A stretch of 64,000 nucleotides of DNA, taken from assembly GCA_965222075.1 (NCBI GenBank), contig OZ244937.1:4960001-5024000 (forward strand), given 5' to 3'. Numbering within the stretch: position 1 is the first letter of the stretch; each line of letters starts with the position of its first letter. The notes beneath the pieces were generated by a model. That model ran no database searches and was not told the origin of the DNA. It saw only the letters and a list, made by a program, of their open reading frames with translations. The stretch is from Candidatus Latescibacterota bacterium (GTDB lineage Bacteria > Latescibacterota > UBA2968 > GCA-2709665). Shown piece by piece: positions 10,180 through 20,056 of the stretch. Position numbers and translations under genes: made by a program.

Positions 10180-11289
10180 ATGAAAAAGACCTGCAGGGTC
10201 GGTCTGGTGGGATGTGGTGGGATGGGGCGCCACCACCTTGGTGTGATACAGGATCTGCCCGGGTTCGAAATCGCCGCGATCTGTGATGTTTTTCCGGAGG
10301 CCCTGGAGCAGAGCGGAGAGACATTTGCGGTGGCTGCGCGGTACGAGAATTTTGAGAAGATGTACGACGAGGTGGAGCCGGATATCGTGACCGTGACCAC
10401 GCAGACGCGCGGACATTACGCGCCGACGGTGGCGGCGTTGACGCGCGGGATTTCCGTGCTGTGCGAGAAGCCGATCGCCATTGATCTCGCCGAGGCGGAT
10501 GAGATGGTGGAGGCCGGACAGACCTCCGGCGCCAGGCTGGCCGTAAACCATCAGGGCCGCGTGAGTCCCGGCGTTCGCAAGGCCCAGGAGCTGGTCCGGC
10601 AGGGGGTGATCGGCGATCCGGTGATGGTGCGGGGGCGAAACAAGTGCGGACGGAAGAGCGGCAATGAGTTTATGGAGATGGGCACCCATGTGACGGATAT
10701 GATGCTGTGCTTTGTAAGCATTCCGGAATGGTGCGCAGGGACGGTGTACTACCAGGGCCGTCTGGCCCGGCCTCAGGACATTATGGAGGCCAGGGAGATG
10801 TCGCCCCGGGACCGGGACTCGGGGCCGGTGATGGGTGACCGGGCAGTGGGGCAGTACGGGTTTGAGGGCGGCATTTTAGGCGAAATCCACTTTTTGGGGT
10901 ATGAGCGGAACCTGAACAGAAATTTTGGGGTGGATGTTCTGGGCACCGAGGGCCAGCTGACGGTGCGGACGGCGGACGATGTGACGAAAAGTCTGTGGCA
11001 TCTGCCCAGGCCGATGGAAGGGCTGCCGTCCGAGCTGGGCGACTGGCGGCCCGTGGACCTGAGCGATATGGGGGATGAAACGTCGCTTGCCACCATGTAC
11101 CGGCGGCTGGCGGAGGCGACTGAAGCGGATACGGAACCGCCCAGCAGCGGGGAGGAAGGCCGCCTGGCCTTCGAGATGATCCTGGGCATCTACCAGTCGC
11201 ACCGGGAGGGCGGGGGCCGGGTGGCGCTGCCGCTGTCCGAACGCCGGCACCCGCTGGAGGTGTGGCGGAGCGCGGCGGTCGAGGCATGA
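10180..11289 (+). CDS. Gfo/Idh/MocA family oxidoreductase
   Basis: GLVGCGGMG, LCEKPIA. Confidence 0.9.
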   Translation: MKKTCRVGLVGCGGMGRHHLGVIQDLPGFEIAAICDVFPEALEQSGETFAVAARYENFEKMYDEVEPDIVTVTTQTRGHYAPTVAALTRGISVLCEKPIAIDLAEADEMVEAGQTSGARLAVNHQGRVSPGVRKAQELVRQGVIGDPVMVRGRNKCGRKSGNEFMEMGTHVTDMMLCFVSIPEWCAGTVYYQGRLARPQDIMEAREMSPRDRDSGPVMGDRAVGQYGFEGGILGEIHFLGYERNLNRNFGVDVLGTEGQLTVRTADDVTKSLWHLPRPMEGLPSELGDWRPVDLSDMGDETSLATMYRRLAEATEADTEPPSSGEEGRLAFEMILGIYQSHREGGGRVALPLSERRHPLEVWRSAAVEA

Positions 11290-11425
11290 AGTGGTGAACG
11301 ACGTGGCATGTCTTCGGGACTGGCTCCAGGAAGGGCTGGCGCTGGTCGAACACGCGCCGAGGGCGGCCAACGGCAGGAAACGGATTGCATCGGCCAGGTA
11401 GCCGGGCGGACCTGGAGGTGTCAAG

Positions 11426-12160
11426 ATGCGGTTAAGGAAGAAGGCGGTTGTGGTGACGGGCGCGGCGTCGGGGATCGGGCGGGCAGCGGCGCTGTGCTGT
11501 GCGCGGGAGGGGGCGTGGGTCGGGGTTCTGGATCTGGACCGGGAAGGGGTTGAGGCGACGGTGGGGGAGATCAGGGCGTTGGGCGGCACGGCACACGGCA
11601 TCGGGGTGGACGTGCGTGAGGAGGCCGGGGTGAGGGCCGCGATGGAGGCGGTGGAAGAGGCGTTCGGGCGGATCGACGGGCTGATCCACACGGCCGGGGT
11701 TCTGGAGGGGGCGCTGGTGGAGGTGGACCTGTTTGAAGAAGAGACCTGGGACCGGGTGATCGACGTGAATCTGAAGGGGAGTTTTCTGGCGGCGAAGTAC
11801 GCAGCGCCGGCGATGGAGCGGGCGGGGTGCGGGGTGCTGGTGCTGATTTCCTCGGGGGCGGGCGTGAGGGGGGGGAGTTCGTCCGTGGCCTACGGGGCGA
11901 GCAAGGGAGGTGTGCACGGGCTTTCCCTGGTGCTGGCGGCACAGCTGGCGCCCCGAAATATCCGGGTGCACGCGGTCTGCCCGGGAAATATCGAGACGCC
12001 GCTGAAGATGCGGGTGGTGGAAAAGCAGGCGCGAAAGGCCGGCCGGCCGCTGGAGGAGATGAAGGCAGGACTGGGAGCGCCGGAGGGCGTGGGGAAGGTA
12101 CTGGCGTTCCTGGTGTCGGACGAGGCGGACTACGTGCGGGGGACGATCTTTACACGGTAG
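11426..12160 (+). CDS. SDR family oxidoreductase
   Basis: TGAASGIG, YGASK. Confidence 0.92.
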   Translation: MRLRKKAVVVTGAASGIGRAAALCCAREGAWVGVLDLDREGVEATVGEIRALGGTAHGIGVDVREEAGVRAAMEAVEEAFGRIDGLIHTAGVLEGALVEVDLFEEETWDRVIDVNLKGSFLAAKYAAPAMERAGCGVLVLISSGAGVRGGSSSVAYGASKGGVHGLSLVLAAQLAPRNIRVHAVCPGNIETPLKMRVVEKQARKAGRPLEEMKAGLGAPEGVGKVLAFLVSDEADYVRGTIFTR

Positions 12161-12174
12161 CGCAGGAGGTTGCC

Positions 12175-13047
12175 ATGAAGGAACTCAAAGGAATGTGCTC
12201 GGCGTTGTGTACTCCCTTTACAGACGACGGAGAACAGGTTGACGAAACGGCGTTGAGAAACCATCTCGATGCTATGATCGAGGCCGGAATACACATCATC
12301 CTGGTTTGTGGGGGGACCGGCGAATTTGCATACCTGCGGTCTGAAGAACGCAGGCGGATCGCCGAGATCGCTTCGAAACATATTGATGGCAGGGCGGGAT
12401 TGGTGGTGATGACATCGGCGATCAATACGGCAGATGCGATCGAGTTTTCCAGGCACGCCGAAGGCGTTGGGGCAGACTGTCTGCTGATTCTGCCGCCCTA
12501 TTTCGAGGGGCCCGACAACGATGGCGTCGTCTATCACTTCGAGAAGATATCCGGGGCTATCAACATTCCGATTATGGTCTACAATATTCCGGTGCATTCG
12601 GGCATTGATATTACTCCGGAGCTTTTTAAGCGTCTCAGGGAGATCGAGAACGTTCAGTACATTAAAGACAGTACCGCCGATCTTGTCCGGATCCAGGAAC
12701 TGCTCGCCATTGGGGCAAACGTGTTCAACGGAGGCGATCCGATCGCTTTCTTCAGCCTGCTGGCCGGATGCCCCGGATGTGTATGGGGCGCCTGCAACGC
12801 GATGCCGAAGGAGTCTGTGGATCTTTACAATTTTGTCGTTTCAGGAAGGCTGGAAGAGGCGAGGGGTCTCTGGAAGCGCATGTTGCCCACCAATCTGTTT
12901 TTCTGGACCCACGTGTACAATGTAGCCGTTAAAGCGGCAACGAATTTGTCCGGCAGAAAAGTGGGACCCTGCCGTAAGCCTCTCCAACCTCTGGCGGATT
13001 CTGAGATGAGGGAATTGAAGGAAGCCATGGAGCCTCTGGGGATATAA
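12175..13047 (+). CDS. DapA/NanA-family aldolase/dehydratase
   Basis: TPF, GGTGEF, VYNIP, IKDST; SD ggagg. Confidence 0.9.
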   Translation: MKELKGMCSALCTPFTDDGEQVDETALRNHLDAMIEAGIHIILVCGGTGEFAYLRSEERRRIAEIASKHIDGRAGLVVMTSAINTADAIEFSRHAEGVGADCLLILPPYFEGPDNDGVVYHFEKISGAINIPIMVYNIPVHSGIDITPELFKRLREIENVQYIKDSTADLVRIQELLAIGANVFNGGDPIAFFSLLAGCPGCVWGACNAMPKESVDLYNFVVSGRLEEARGLWKRMLPTNLFFWTHVYNVAVKAATNLSGRKVGPCRKPLQPLADSEMRELKEAMEPLGI

Positions 13048-13146
13048 CCTCACGGTCTTGTTGCGATCCGGGAGCATTTTTGTGGTAATGTTGACGTCCG
13101 ACATTATAGACGACTATTTAACAGATTTCAGAAAGCGGGGGTTGAG

Positions 13147-14430
13147 ATGGAAGGTACGGTGAAGATCGCGTTGATCGGCGCGGGGATGTTCGGAGGGGAT
13201 GTGCATGCCCGGGCGTTTGCAGACCTGCAGCGGGTGGGGATCAGCGGAAATCTGGGGCGCGTGGGGCTGGATCGGTGGGCGCGAGACCTGGCCGATGTCC
13301 GGTTTTCGCTGGTGGCGGTGGCGACGCGGTCGGAGGCGTCGGCGATTCGGGCGCAGCGCGATTACAGTGCGTGGACGGGGTACGAGCCGAAACCTTACTG
13401 GGGAGAGACGCCCTGGGAGGAGGTGCTGAAGGATTTTCCCGACCTGGACGTGATGGCGGTGGCGACGCCGGACCACCTGCACACCGAGGTGACCTTAGCC
13501 GCGCTGAGGAACGGGACGCACGTGATTATGGAGAAGCCGATGTGCCTTTCCATCGATGAGGCGGACCAGATTGTGACCCTGGCGCGGGAGAAGGGGCTGG
13601 TGGCGGCCGTGGATATGCACAAGCGATACGATCCGGATCACCTCCGTATCCAGCACGATATCGCAGAACGGATCGGGGAACCGATCTACGGACAGGCGGT
13701 GCTGGAAGAGCCGCTGGAGGTGTCCACCAGCACGTTCAAGTGGGCCGAGCAGAGCGATCCGTTCAGCTATGTGGGGCCACACTGGACGGACCTGATCTAC
13801 AACTACTACCGGAGCAAGCCGGTGTCGCTGACGGCGGTGGGCCAGAAGAAGCGGCTGGTGAGAGATGGGATCAACGCCTACGATGCGGTGCAGGTGCGGG
13901 TGGATTTTGACAACGGGATGAGCATCTATTTTCAAAATAACTGGATTACGCCGGACGATTTTGAGGGACCGGTGAACCAGGGACACGAGATCGTGGGGAC
14001 GGAGGGGAAGGTGGAGTCGGACCAGCAGTACCGCGGCCTGCGTTTCTGGTCAAACGGCGGGGGCAGCCGCACAGTCAATAACCACATGACGCGGGATGTG
14101 AAGCGTCCGGACGATTCGGATGTTTATATTGGCTACGGCGTTGACAGCATTACCGTGGGGCTTGTGGCGGTCTGCCGAATGAAGTTCCTCGGAGAGGCGC
14201 GGGAGGATGTGGACGGGATCTATCCGACGCCGGAGGATGGGCGGATTACGGTGGCGATTGTGCACGCAGCCCGGCTGGTCCGAGACCTGAATTTCAAGTA
14301 TCTTCAGGAGGGAAAGGGCGCCCCGGTGACGGCCCGGTTCGGGGAGGACGGGATTACGATTGTTGACCCGAATCGGATTGAGGAAGGGCCGGAGGCGGTG
14401 TTTGAGCGGATTTACCATAAGCCGATATAA
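13147..14430 (+). CDS. Gfo/Idh/MocA family oxidoreductase
   Basis: IGAGMFG, ATPDHLH, MEKPMC, MHKRYDP. Confidence 0.88.
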   Translation: MEGTVKIALIGAGMFGGDVHARAFADLQRVGISGNLGRVGLDRWARDLADVRFSLVAVATRSEASAIRAQRDYSAWTGYEPKPYWGETPWEEVLKDFPDLDVMAVATPDHLHTEVTLAALRNGTHVIMEKPMCLSIDEADQIVTLAREKGLVAAVDMHKRYDPDHLRIQHDIAERIGEPIYGQAVLEEPLEVSTSTFKWAEQSDPFSYVGPHWTDLIYNYYRSKPVSLTAVGQKKRLVRDGINAYDAVQVRVDFDNGMSIYFQNNWITPDDFEGPVNQGHEIVGTEGKVESDQQYRGLRFWSNGGGSRTVNNHMTRDVKRPDDSDVYIGYGVDSITVGLVAVCRMKFLGEAREDVDGIYPTPEDGRITVAIVHAARLVRDLNFKYLQEGKGAPVTARFGEDGITIVDPNRIEEGPEAVFERIYHKPI

Positions 14431-14534
14431 AAACCCGAACCGGACCTGGAATTCAGGCGTTTTGTTCGTTCGCCGCAGGGGCGTAGTGCTGTGCGTCCGG
14501 GCGAGGCATCTCCGGTTTGGCTTGGAGGTTTTCA

Positions 14535-15911
14535 ATGGGCAAGGAGTTCGATATTACACCCCGGGAGGTGCCCCGGGTGGAGACGAAGTACAGGCGGATT
14601 GTGACGCCGCTGCCGGCTCCGGCGTCGCTGGAGACGCTGGAGACGCTGCGGAGGGTAGAGCCGATTTCGATGCGGGGGCAGCCACCGGTGGTGTGGGACA
14701 AGGCGGAGGATGTGCAGGTTTATGACAAGTACGGGAATATGTGGTTGGACTGGAGTTCCGGGGTGCTGGTGACCAATGCCGGGCACGGGATGCCGGAGGT
14801 GCGGCAGGCGATTCTCGACCAGGTGAACAGCGGGCTGCTGCACAATTACTGTTTTCCAAGCGAGGAACGCGCGCAGCTTGTGGACTACTTAGCCGGGCTG
14901 GCGCCGGAGGGACTGGACAAGGTGTTTTTGCTGACCACAGGGTCCGAGGCGACGGAGAATGCCATCAAGCTGGCCCGTACCTATGGGATAGAAAAGGGCG
15001 GTAAGGAGAAGATCGGGTTTGTGGGGTTTGAACGGGGATTCCACGGGCGTACGCTGGGGGCGCAGCAGGCGGGGGGGATGCCCGGGCAGAAGGATTGGAT
15101 TGTGAACGATGACCCGGCGATTGTGCAGGTACCTTTCCCGGACGGGTACTGGACGGAGAATGTGGATTTTGACCACTTCTGCACGTCGCTGGAGCAGAAG
15201 GGGCTGGCGCCGGACCAGGTGGCGGGCGTGATGCTGGAGACCTACCAGGGCGTGGGGCCGGATTTTACGCCGGTGGAGTACATCCGGGCCTTGGCGGAGT
15301 GGTGCAGGGCGTACGACGCTCTGTTGATTTTTGATGAGGTACAGGCGGGGTTCGGACGGACAGGGAGAATGTGGGGGTTTGAACACTACGGGGTGACGCC
15401 CGATCTGATCTGCTTTGGGAAGGGGGTGAGCAGTTCCCTGCCGCTGTCGGGGGTGATCGGACGGGGGGAGGTTATGGATCTGTATCCGTCGGGGTCCATG
15501 ACGAGTACGCATACGGGAAATCCGGTGTGTGCGGCAGCCGCACTGGCGAGCCTGAAGAAGATCGTGGAGGAGGACCTGGCGGGGAATGCCGCGCGGCTGG
15601 AGGGGGTTTTAATGGGAGGGCTGAGGGGGATTCAGGAGCGGCACACCGATGTGATTGGCAACTGTACGGGCCGGGGGCTGGTGGCAGGCTTGCAGATGGT
15701 CAAGAAGGGGAAAAAGGAGCCGGATGCGGACATGGCGTTCGATGTGGTGGAACGCTGTTTTCACAAGGGGCTGCTTTTCTTTGCGCCGGTGGGCTCGTGG
15801 GGGCAGACGGTGAAGATTTCACCGCCTCTGACGATTTCCCAGGAGGCGGTGGAGGAGGGGATAGGGGTTCTGGGTGAGGTGGTGGACGAGGCGGTCGAGG
15901 CGATGGGTTGA
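14535..15911 (+). CDS. Class III PLP aminotransferase
   Basis: TGSEATENAIK, FHGRT, FDEVQAGFGRTG, DLICFGK, THTGNPV. Confidence 0.92.
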   Translation: MGKEFDITPREVPRVETKYRRIVTPLPAPASLETLETLRRVEPISMRGQPPVVWDKAEDVQVYDKYGNMWLDWSSGVLVTNAGHGMPEVRQAILDQVNSGLLHNYCFPSEERAQLVDYLAGLAPEGLDKVFLLTTGSEATENAIKLARTYGIEKGGKEKIGFVGFERGFHGRTLGAQQAGGMPGQKDWIVNDDPAIVQVPFPDGYWTENVDFDHFCTSLEQKGLAPDQVAGVMLETYQGVGPDFTPVEYIRALAEWCRAYDALLIFDEVQAGFGRTGRMWGFEHYGVTPDLICFGKGVSSSLPLSGVIGRGEVMDLYPSGSMTSTHTGNPVCAAAALASLKKIVEEDLAGNAARLEGVLMGGLRGIQERHTDVIGNCTGRGLVAGLQMVKKGKKEPDADMAFDVVERCFHKGLLFFAPVGSWGQTVKISPPLTISQEAVEEGIGVLGEVVDEAVEAMG

Positions 15912-15987
15912 AGGGGATTTTTGAACCGGAGAGACCGCAGAGAATTGAACCTTGAACATTAAGCAGAGCGCCAGGAATAGAGGGGCT

Positions 15988-17175
15988 ATGGATCTTTATG
16001 AGAAGTACCGGCTGACGCGGATTATCAATGCCAATGGGAAGATGACGAGCCTTGCGGGCGCCATCGTTCTTCCGGAAATCGTCGAAACGGTGGATGAGGC
16101 GATGTCCCGGTTTTTCGAGTTGAGCGAACTCCAGGAGCGGGCGGGCGAGGTGATCGCACGGGCAACGGGCGCGGAGTGGGGCTGCGTGACAGCCTGCACG
16201 GCAGCGGGGATCACGCTGGGGGTGGCGGCCTGTATGACGGGGCAAGACCCGGGGAAGGTGGCCCAGCTCCCGGAAACGGCGGGGATGCGGGACGAGGTGG
16301 TGATTCAGAAGGGGCATACGGTAAATTTTGGGGCGCCGCTGACGCAGATGATCCGGCTTGCGGGGGCGAAGGCGGTCGAGGTCGGTACGGTCCACGGTAC
16401 GAGGGAATACCACCTGACGCATGCGATTGGGGATCAGACCGCGGCGGTGATGTTCGTGGTGTCGCACCATACGGTGCGGTACGGCTGTGTTCCCTTAGAA
16501 CGCGTGGTGGAGATCGCCCACGAGCGGGGGGTGCCGGTGGTGGTGGATGGCGCGGCGCAGTCGTTTGTGATTAAAGAGATTGTAGGCGCAGGAACGGACC
16601 TGGTGATTTGCAGCGGGCACAAGTATCTCTCCGGGACGACGGCGGGAATCGTCTGCGGCCGGGAGGACCTCGTGCGGGGGGTGAACCTGCAAAATCAGGG
16701 GATCGGACGGCCGATGAAGGTGGGGAAGGAGGGGATCGTGGGGGCGATGGTCGCGCTGGAGTACCGGATGAAGTTAGATGTGGATGCCTGGGAGGCCGAG
16801 CAGAACCGGAAGATGTACCGGATCATCGAACGCCTGGAGGGGATTGAGGGCATCCGCATAAGCGTGGAGCCGGATCCGAATGGGAATCCGTTCAGCCGGG
16901 CGCGGATGGACGTGGATGAGGGACAGGTGGGGCTGAGCGCCGGGGCCATTAGCCGGGCGGTGGCAGACGGAGATCCGTCGATCCGGGTGCGTGCGCACCA
17001 CGTGGACGAGGGATATTTTATGATTGATGCGATGGAGATGACGGATGAGGAGGTGGAGCTGACGTGCGACCGTCTGATGGGGGTTCTGACGTCGTCGGAG
17101 ACGGAGAAGGCGGAGATGAGGGGGAAGTACGGGAGTGAGGAGATGACCTCCGCGAGGTGGTCCTGGCTGGGGTGA
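15988..17175 (+). CDS. SelA-like PLP enzyme (DgaE / D-glucosaminate-6-phosphate ammonia-lyase family)
   Basis: IINANGKMTSLAG, QKGHTVNFGAP, SGHK, GIGRPMKVGKEGI. Confidence 0.8.
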   Translation: MDLYEKYRLTRIINANGKMTSLAGAIVLPEIVETVDEAMSRFFELSELQERAGEVIARATGAEWGCVTACTAAGITLGVAACMTGQDPGKVAQLPETAGMRDEVVIQKGHTVNFGAPLTQMIRLAGAKAVEVGTVHGTREYHLTHAIGDQTAAVMFVVSHHTVRYGCVPLERVVEIAHERGVPVVVDGAAQSFVIKEIVGAGTDLVICSGHKYLSGTTAGIVCGREDLVRGVNLQNQGIGRPMKVGKEGIVGAMVALEYRMKLDVDAWEAEQNRKMYRIIERLEGIEGIRISVEPDPNGNPFSRARMDVDEGQVGLSAGAISRAVADGDPSIRVRAHHVDEGYFMIDAMEMTDEEVELTCDRLMGVLTSSETEKAEMRGKYGSEEMTSARWSWLG

Positions 17176-17195
17176 GTTGGATCTGCCAGGGCTAC

Positions 17196-17243
17196 AAAAA
17201 AAAGATCCCCGCCGGATGAGGCATCCCGCGGGGATTCTGCTTT
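17196..17243. terminator. Likely bidirectional intrinsic terminator between convergent genes
   Basis: A8 run, then hairpin atccccgccggatg-agg-catcccgcggggat, then T-rich tail. Confidence 0.65.
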
Positions 17244-17278
17244 CCTGATCCTGTTCACAGCAGGGATGGCCTGACCTG

Positions 17279-18505
17279 TTATGGCAGGTTACCCGTAATG
17301 GAGACCTGGCCCGTGAAACCGCCAGCAGCCAGCTTGTCTGCGAGCGCCTGACAGGAACTGGTCGGCAGTGTTGCATTCCCGGTGAATATCAGGTTCCCAC
17401 CGACGCTGGTGAGATTGTTCAGGGCTTCCAGACTGGTCAGCGCCGCATTGTTGTCAACTCCCAGGTCTTCGCCGATGTTATTGAGGTTGTTCAGACCCTC
17501 CAGGGTCGTCAGGGCGAAGTTTTTGGTGATTCCCAGGTCTCCTCCGATGCTGGTGAGGTTATTCAGGCCTTCCAGGGTAAGCAGGGCGACATTGCTGTCG
17601 ATCCCCAGGCCACCTCCGATGCTGGTGAGGTTATCCAGGCCCGCCAGGGAGGTGAGGACGGCATTGTTGGCGATGAGCACGTCTTCCGCGATGCTATTGA
17701 GGTTGTCCAGGCCCACCAGGCTGGTCAGCAGGGGATTGGTGCCGATTAGCATAATCCCCTCCAACCTGGTGAGGCTATTCAGGCCGTTCAGGGTCGTCAG
17801 GGCATCGTTCTCGACAACAACCAGGTCTCCTCCGAGGTTGTTGACGCTGCGCAGGCCCTCTATGGTGGTGAGGGCGGCATTGTTGTCGAGTTGCAGGAAC
17901 CCCCCCCCGCTGGTGAGGCTGCGCAGGCCCTCTATGGTGGTAAGGCCGGCATTGTTGGCGATAAACAGGTCTCCCCCGACACTGGTGAGATTACGCAGAC
18001 CCTCCAGGGTGGTGAGGCCAGCATTGGTGTCGATGGTCAGGCTACCTGCTATGCTGGTGAGGTTATGGAGGCCTTCCAGGCTTTTCAGTGAGGGATTGCT
18101 GTCGATAAGCATCTCTCCATTTACTACGTGGGTGAGGTTGCTCAGGGCTCCCAGGGTAGTGAGGGCGGCATTGTTGCCGATGAACAGGTCTCCGCTTATG
18201 CTGAGGTTGTTGATGCCTTCCAGGCTGGTCAGCAAGGGGTTGCTGTCGATAAACAGGCCCGCTTCTACGCCGGTTAGGCTGCGCAGGCCCTCCAGGGTCG
18301 TCAGAGGAGAGCCGTCAATCAGGAGGCCGCCGGTGATCTTGAACGCGTCCCCTCCACTGGAGACCAGAGCGCCAAGATCCGCCTGGGTACGGATGGTAAA
18401 GTTCCCCTCCAATACCTTCACGTCTGAAGATGCCGGATCCTCACTTCCACAGCTGACCAGCACCCCGGCAGCCATCAGGGCCAGAAAGACGAAGCTCCTT
18501 TGCAT
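17279..18505 (-). CDS. Lipoprotein with ~13 receptor-L-domain/LRR-like 24-aa repeats
   Basis: Lipobox LVSC; repeats such as TTLEGLRNLTSVGGDLFIANNAGL. Confidence 0.85.
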   Translation of the reverse strand: MQRSFVFLALMAAGVLVSCGSEDPASSDVKVLEGNFTIRTQADLGALVSSGGDAFKITGGLLIDGSPLTTLEGLRSLTGVEAGLFIDSNPLLTSLEGINNLSISGDLFIGNNAALTTLGALSNLTHVVNGEMLIDSNPSLKSLEGLHNLTSIAGSLTIDTNAGLTTLEGLRNLTSVGGDLFIANNAGLTTIEGLRSLTSGGGFLQLDNNAALTTIEGLRSVNNLGGDLVVVENDALTTLNGLNSLTRLEGIMLIGTNPLLTSLVGLDNLNSIAEDVLIANNAVLTSLAGLDNLTSIGGGLGIDSNVALLTLEGLNNLTSIGGDLGITKNFALTTLEGLNNLNNIGEDLGVDNNAALTSLEALNNLTSVGGNLIFTGNATLPTSSCQALADKLAAGGFTGQVSITGNLP

Positions 18506-18577
18506 AATATCCTCTCAGAAATCGAGTGGTGTCCTCAATGCCGGGCACAGACCGTTGAAATCCGGAGTACCGACACC

Positions 18578-18603
18578 GGGGGACGCATGGTGTTCGCCCG
18601 TAC
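18578..18603 (-). repeat. REP-like imperfect palindrome (GTAC-led)
   Basis: Minus strand gtacgggcgaacaccatgcgtccccc, intergenic. Confidence 0.4.
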
Positions 18604-18717
18604 GATGCCTGATATAATATCCGGAAGTGGAGGCCCGCACGCAAGACAATTTCGTTTCCGGCAATTTGGCCGACCGGGGCCATTCTACGATGAAGACAAC
18701 AGAATCCGCCTTCCGTT

Positions 18718-19965
18718 TCAATCCGTCAGGAGTTTCCCACCTCCGAACATCCGTCCTATATCCCGCTTGATGTCACCTTCCATCAGCGGCCAGCCGGCGT
18801 CTCTGAGCGCACCATATTTTCTCGCCAGCACGGGACCGATGGCTTTCAGAGCGTGGGGCCACTTGTAGAGGAGCTGGTCCAGGATACGGGCGTCGGAGTG
18901 CTGGGGGATGAAGCTGGTGCCCAGGAGTTCCATGCGCTCGGATGTGACTTCTTCGATGATGCTGGGGTTATTGAGGAACCACCAGCAGCCGAAGGGGAGG
19001 ATGTTGGGGAATTTTCGGGCGGCGACGCACAGTTCGTGCTGGTCTTCACGGGAGAGAACCGTGATCAGGAAGGTGACGTCGGACCACTCGCGGGCGATGT
19101 TTTCCAGGTTGGTGAGGTCCCAGCTTCCGAGGCTGTCACCGCCGTCGCGCAAGACGGGGTTGACCTGCCGCCGCACGCCCACCATCATGGCCGAGGGGAT
19201 GTTCCGCTCCCGGGCGGTGGGGTAGACGACCTCGCCCATGAGTTTTGCGATGCTGCTTTTTCCGGGATAGGTGAAGTCGGGGGGCAGGGAGATGGCCATG
19301 TACCGCGCGTCCATGCGGTCGCACCAATCGTTGAGGTAGCGGCGGAGTTCGGAGACGGTTTTCTGAGAGATTTCTTTTTCGACGTTGTAGCCCAGGGCGT
19401 TTAATTTTTCCACTCCGCCCGGCCAGCCCATCAGGGCGCTGTCCAAGCGCAGGACGGCCCGGAAGCGGGGATCGCGGTCGAAGCCCTCCTGCCAGATGGG
19501 ACCTTCGACGTCGTCTAAGGGATCGTTGGTCATGAAAACACTGGCAACGCCCGCTTTCCGGAAGACCTGATTGACGTAGTCCTCCGGTTTGAGGTCGGCG
19601 CAGTAGGCGCGGAATTCGGAGAGGTCGTTCGCCCTGGGGTTCAGGCCGAGGGCGACCATGACGGTGACAACACCAAGTTGGGCCTCGGAGACGGGGCTGC
19701 TGTCCCCCACGAAGAGGGTTTTCCAGATGATATCCGCTTGCCCGGATTTAGGCAGGCCGTTGAAATCCTTCACAGAGATGCCGGGCGGTAACTGGCGGGA
19801 GGCCTCGGCCTTCAGGTAGTGGTAGGTGAGCAGTTCGTCGGGCCCCCACAGGCTGAGCGGGCCCATCCGGGGAGGGTAGAGGTGGGTGTGGATGTCTACG
19901 ATGGGTTGTTCGGAAAGGGCGCGGGTGACAGCGGAGCTTACTGAGAAGCTGTTTGGACTGGACAT
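18718..19965 (-). CDS. uxaC: Uronate (glucuronate) isomerase, short amidohydrolase type
   Basis: DIHTHL, LLTYHYL, MTNDP, FGCWWFLNNPS, QHSDARILDQLLYKW. Confidence 0.85.
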   Translation of the reverse strand: MSSPNSFSVSSAVTRALSEQPIVDIHTHLYPPRMGPLSLWGPDELLTYHYLKAEASRQLPPGISVKDFNGLPKSGQADIIWKTLFVGDSSPVSEAQLGVVTVMVALGLNPRANDLSEFRAYCADLKPEDYVNQVFRKAGVASVFMTNDPLDDVEGPIWQEGFDRDPRFRAVLRLDSALMGWPGGVEKLNALGYNVEKEISQKTVSELRRYLNDWCDRMDARYMAISLPPDFTYPGKSSIAKLMGEVVYPTARERNIPSAMMVGVRRQVNPVLRDGGDSLGSWDLTNLENIAREWSDVTFLITVLSREDQHELCVAARKFPNILPFGCWWFLNNPSIIEEVTSERMELLGTSFIPQHSDARILDQLLYKWPHALKAIGPVLARKYGALRDAGWPLMEGDIKRDIGRMFGGGKLLTD

Positions 19966-20056
19966 CTTTGATCTTGTTTATCGCAGGTCCTTTCGCTGAT
20001 AGTGCGTACGTAAGACACTTCTTCTCAACAAGCGTTATTTCAAAACATCTGGATGC

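Noticed and set aside
11291-11401. 36-codon ORF between the Gfo and SDR genes
   Set aside because: No SD or recognisable motif; may be a deletion scar but is unsupported.
18585-18600. ATGGTGTTCGCC resembling a fluoride riboswitch core
   Set aside because: Lacks the GGCGATG 5' pairing and is not upstream of a same-strand gene; better explained as a REP-like palindrome.
17382-18617. 411-aa repetitive ORF on the + strand
   Set aside because: Antisense shadow of the repeat lipoprotein; the minus-strand ORF has the signal peptide and a sensible repeat consensus.
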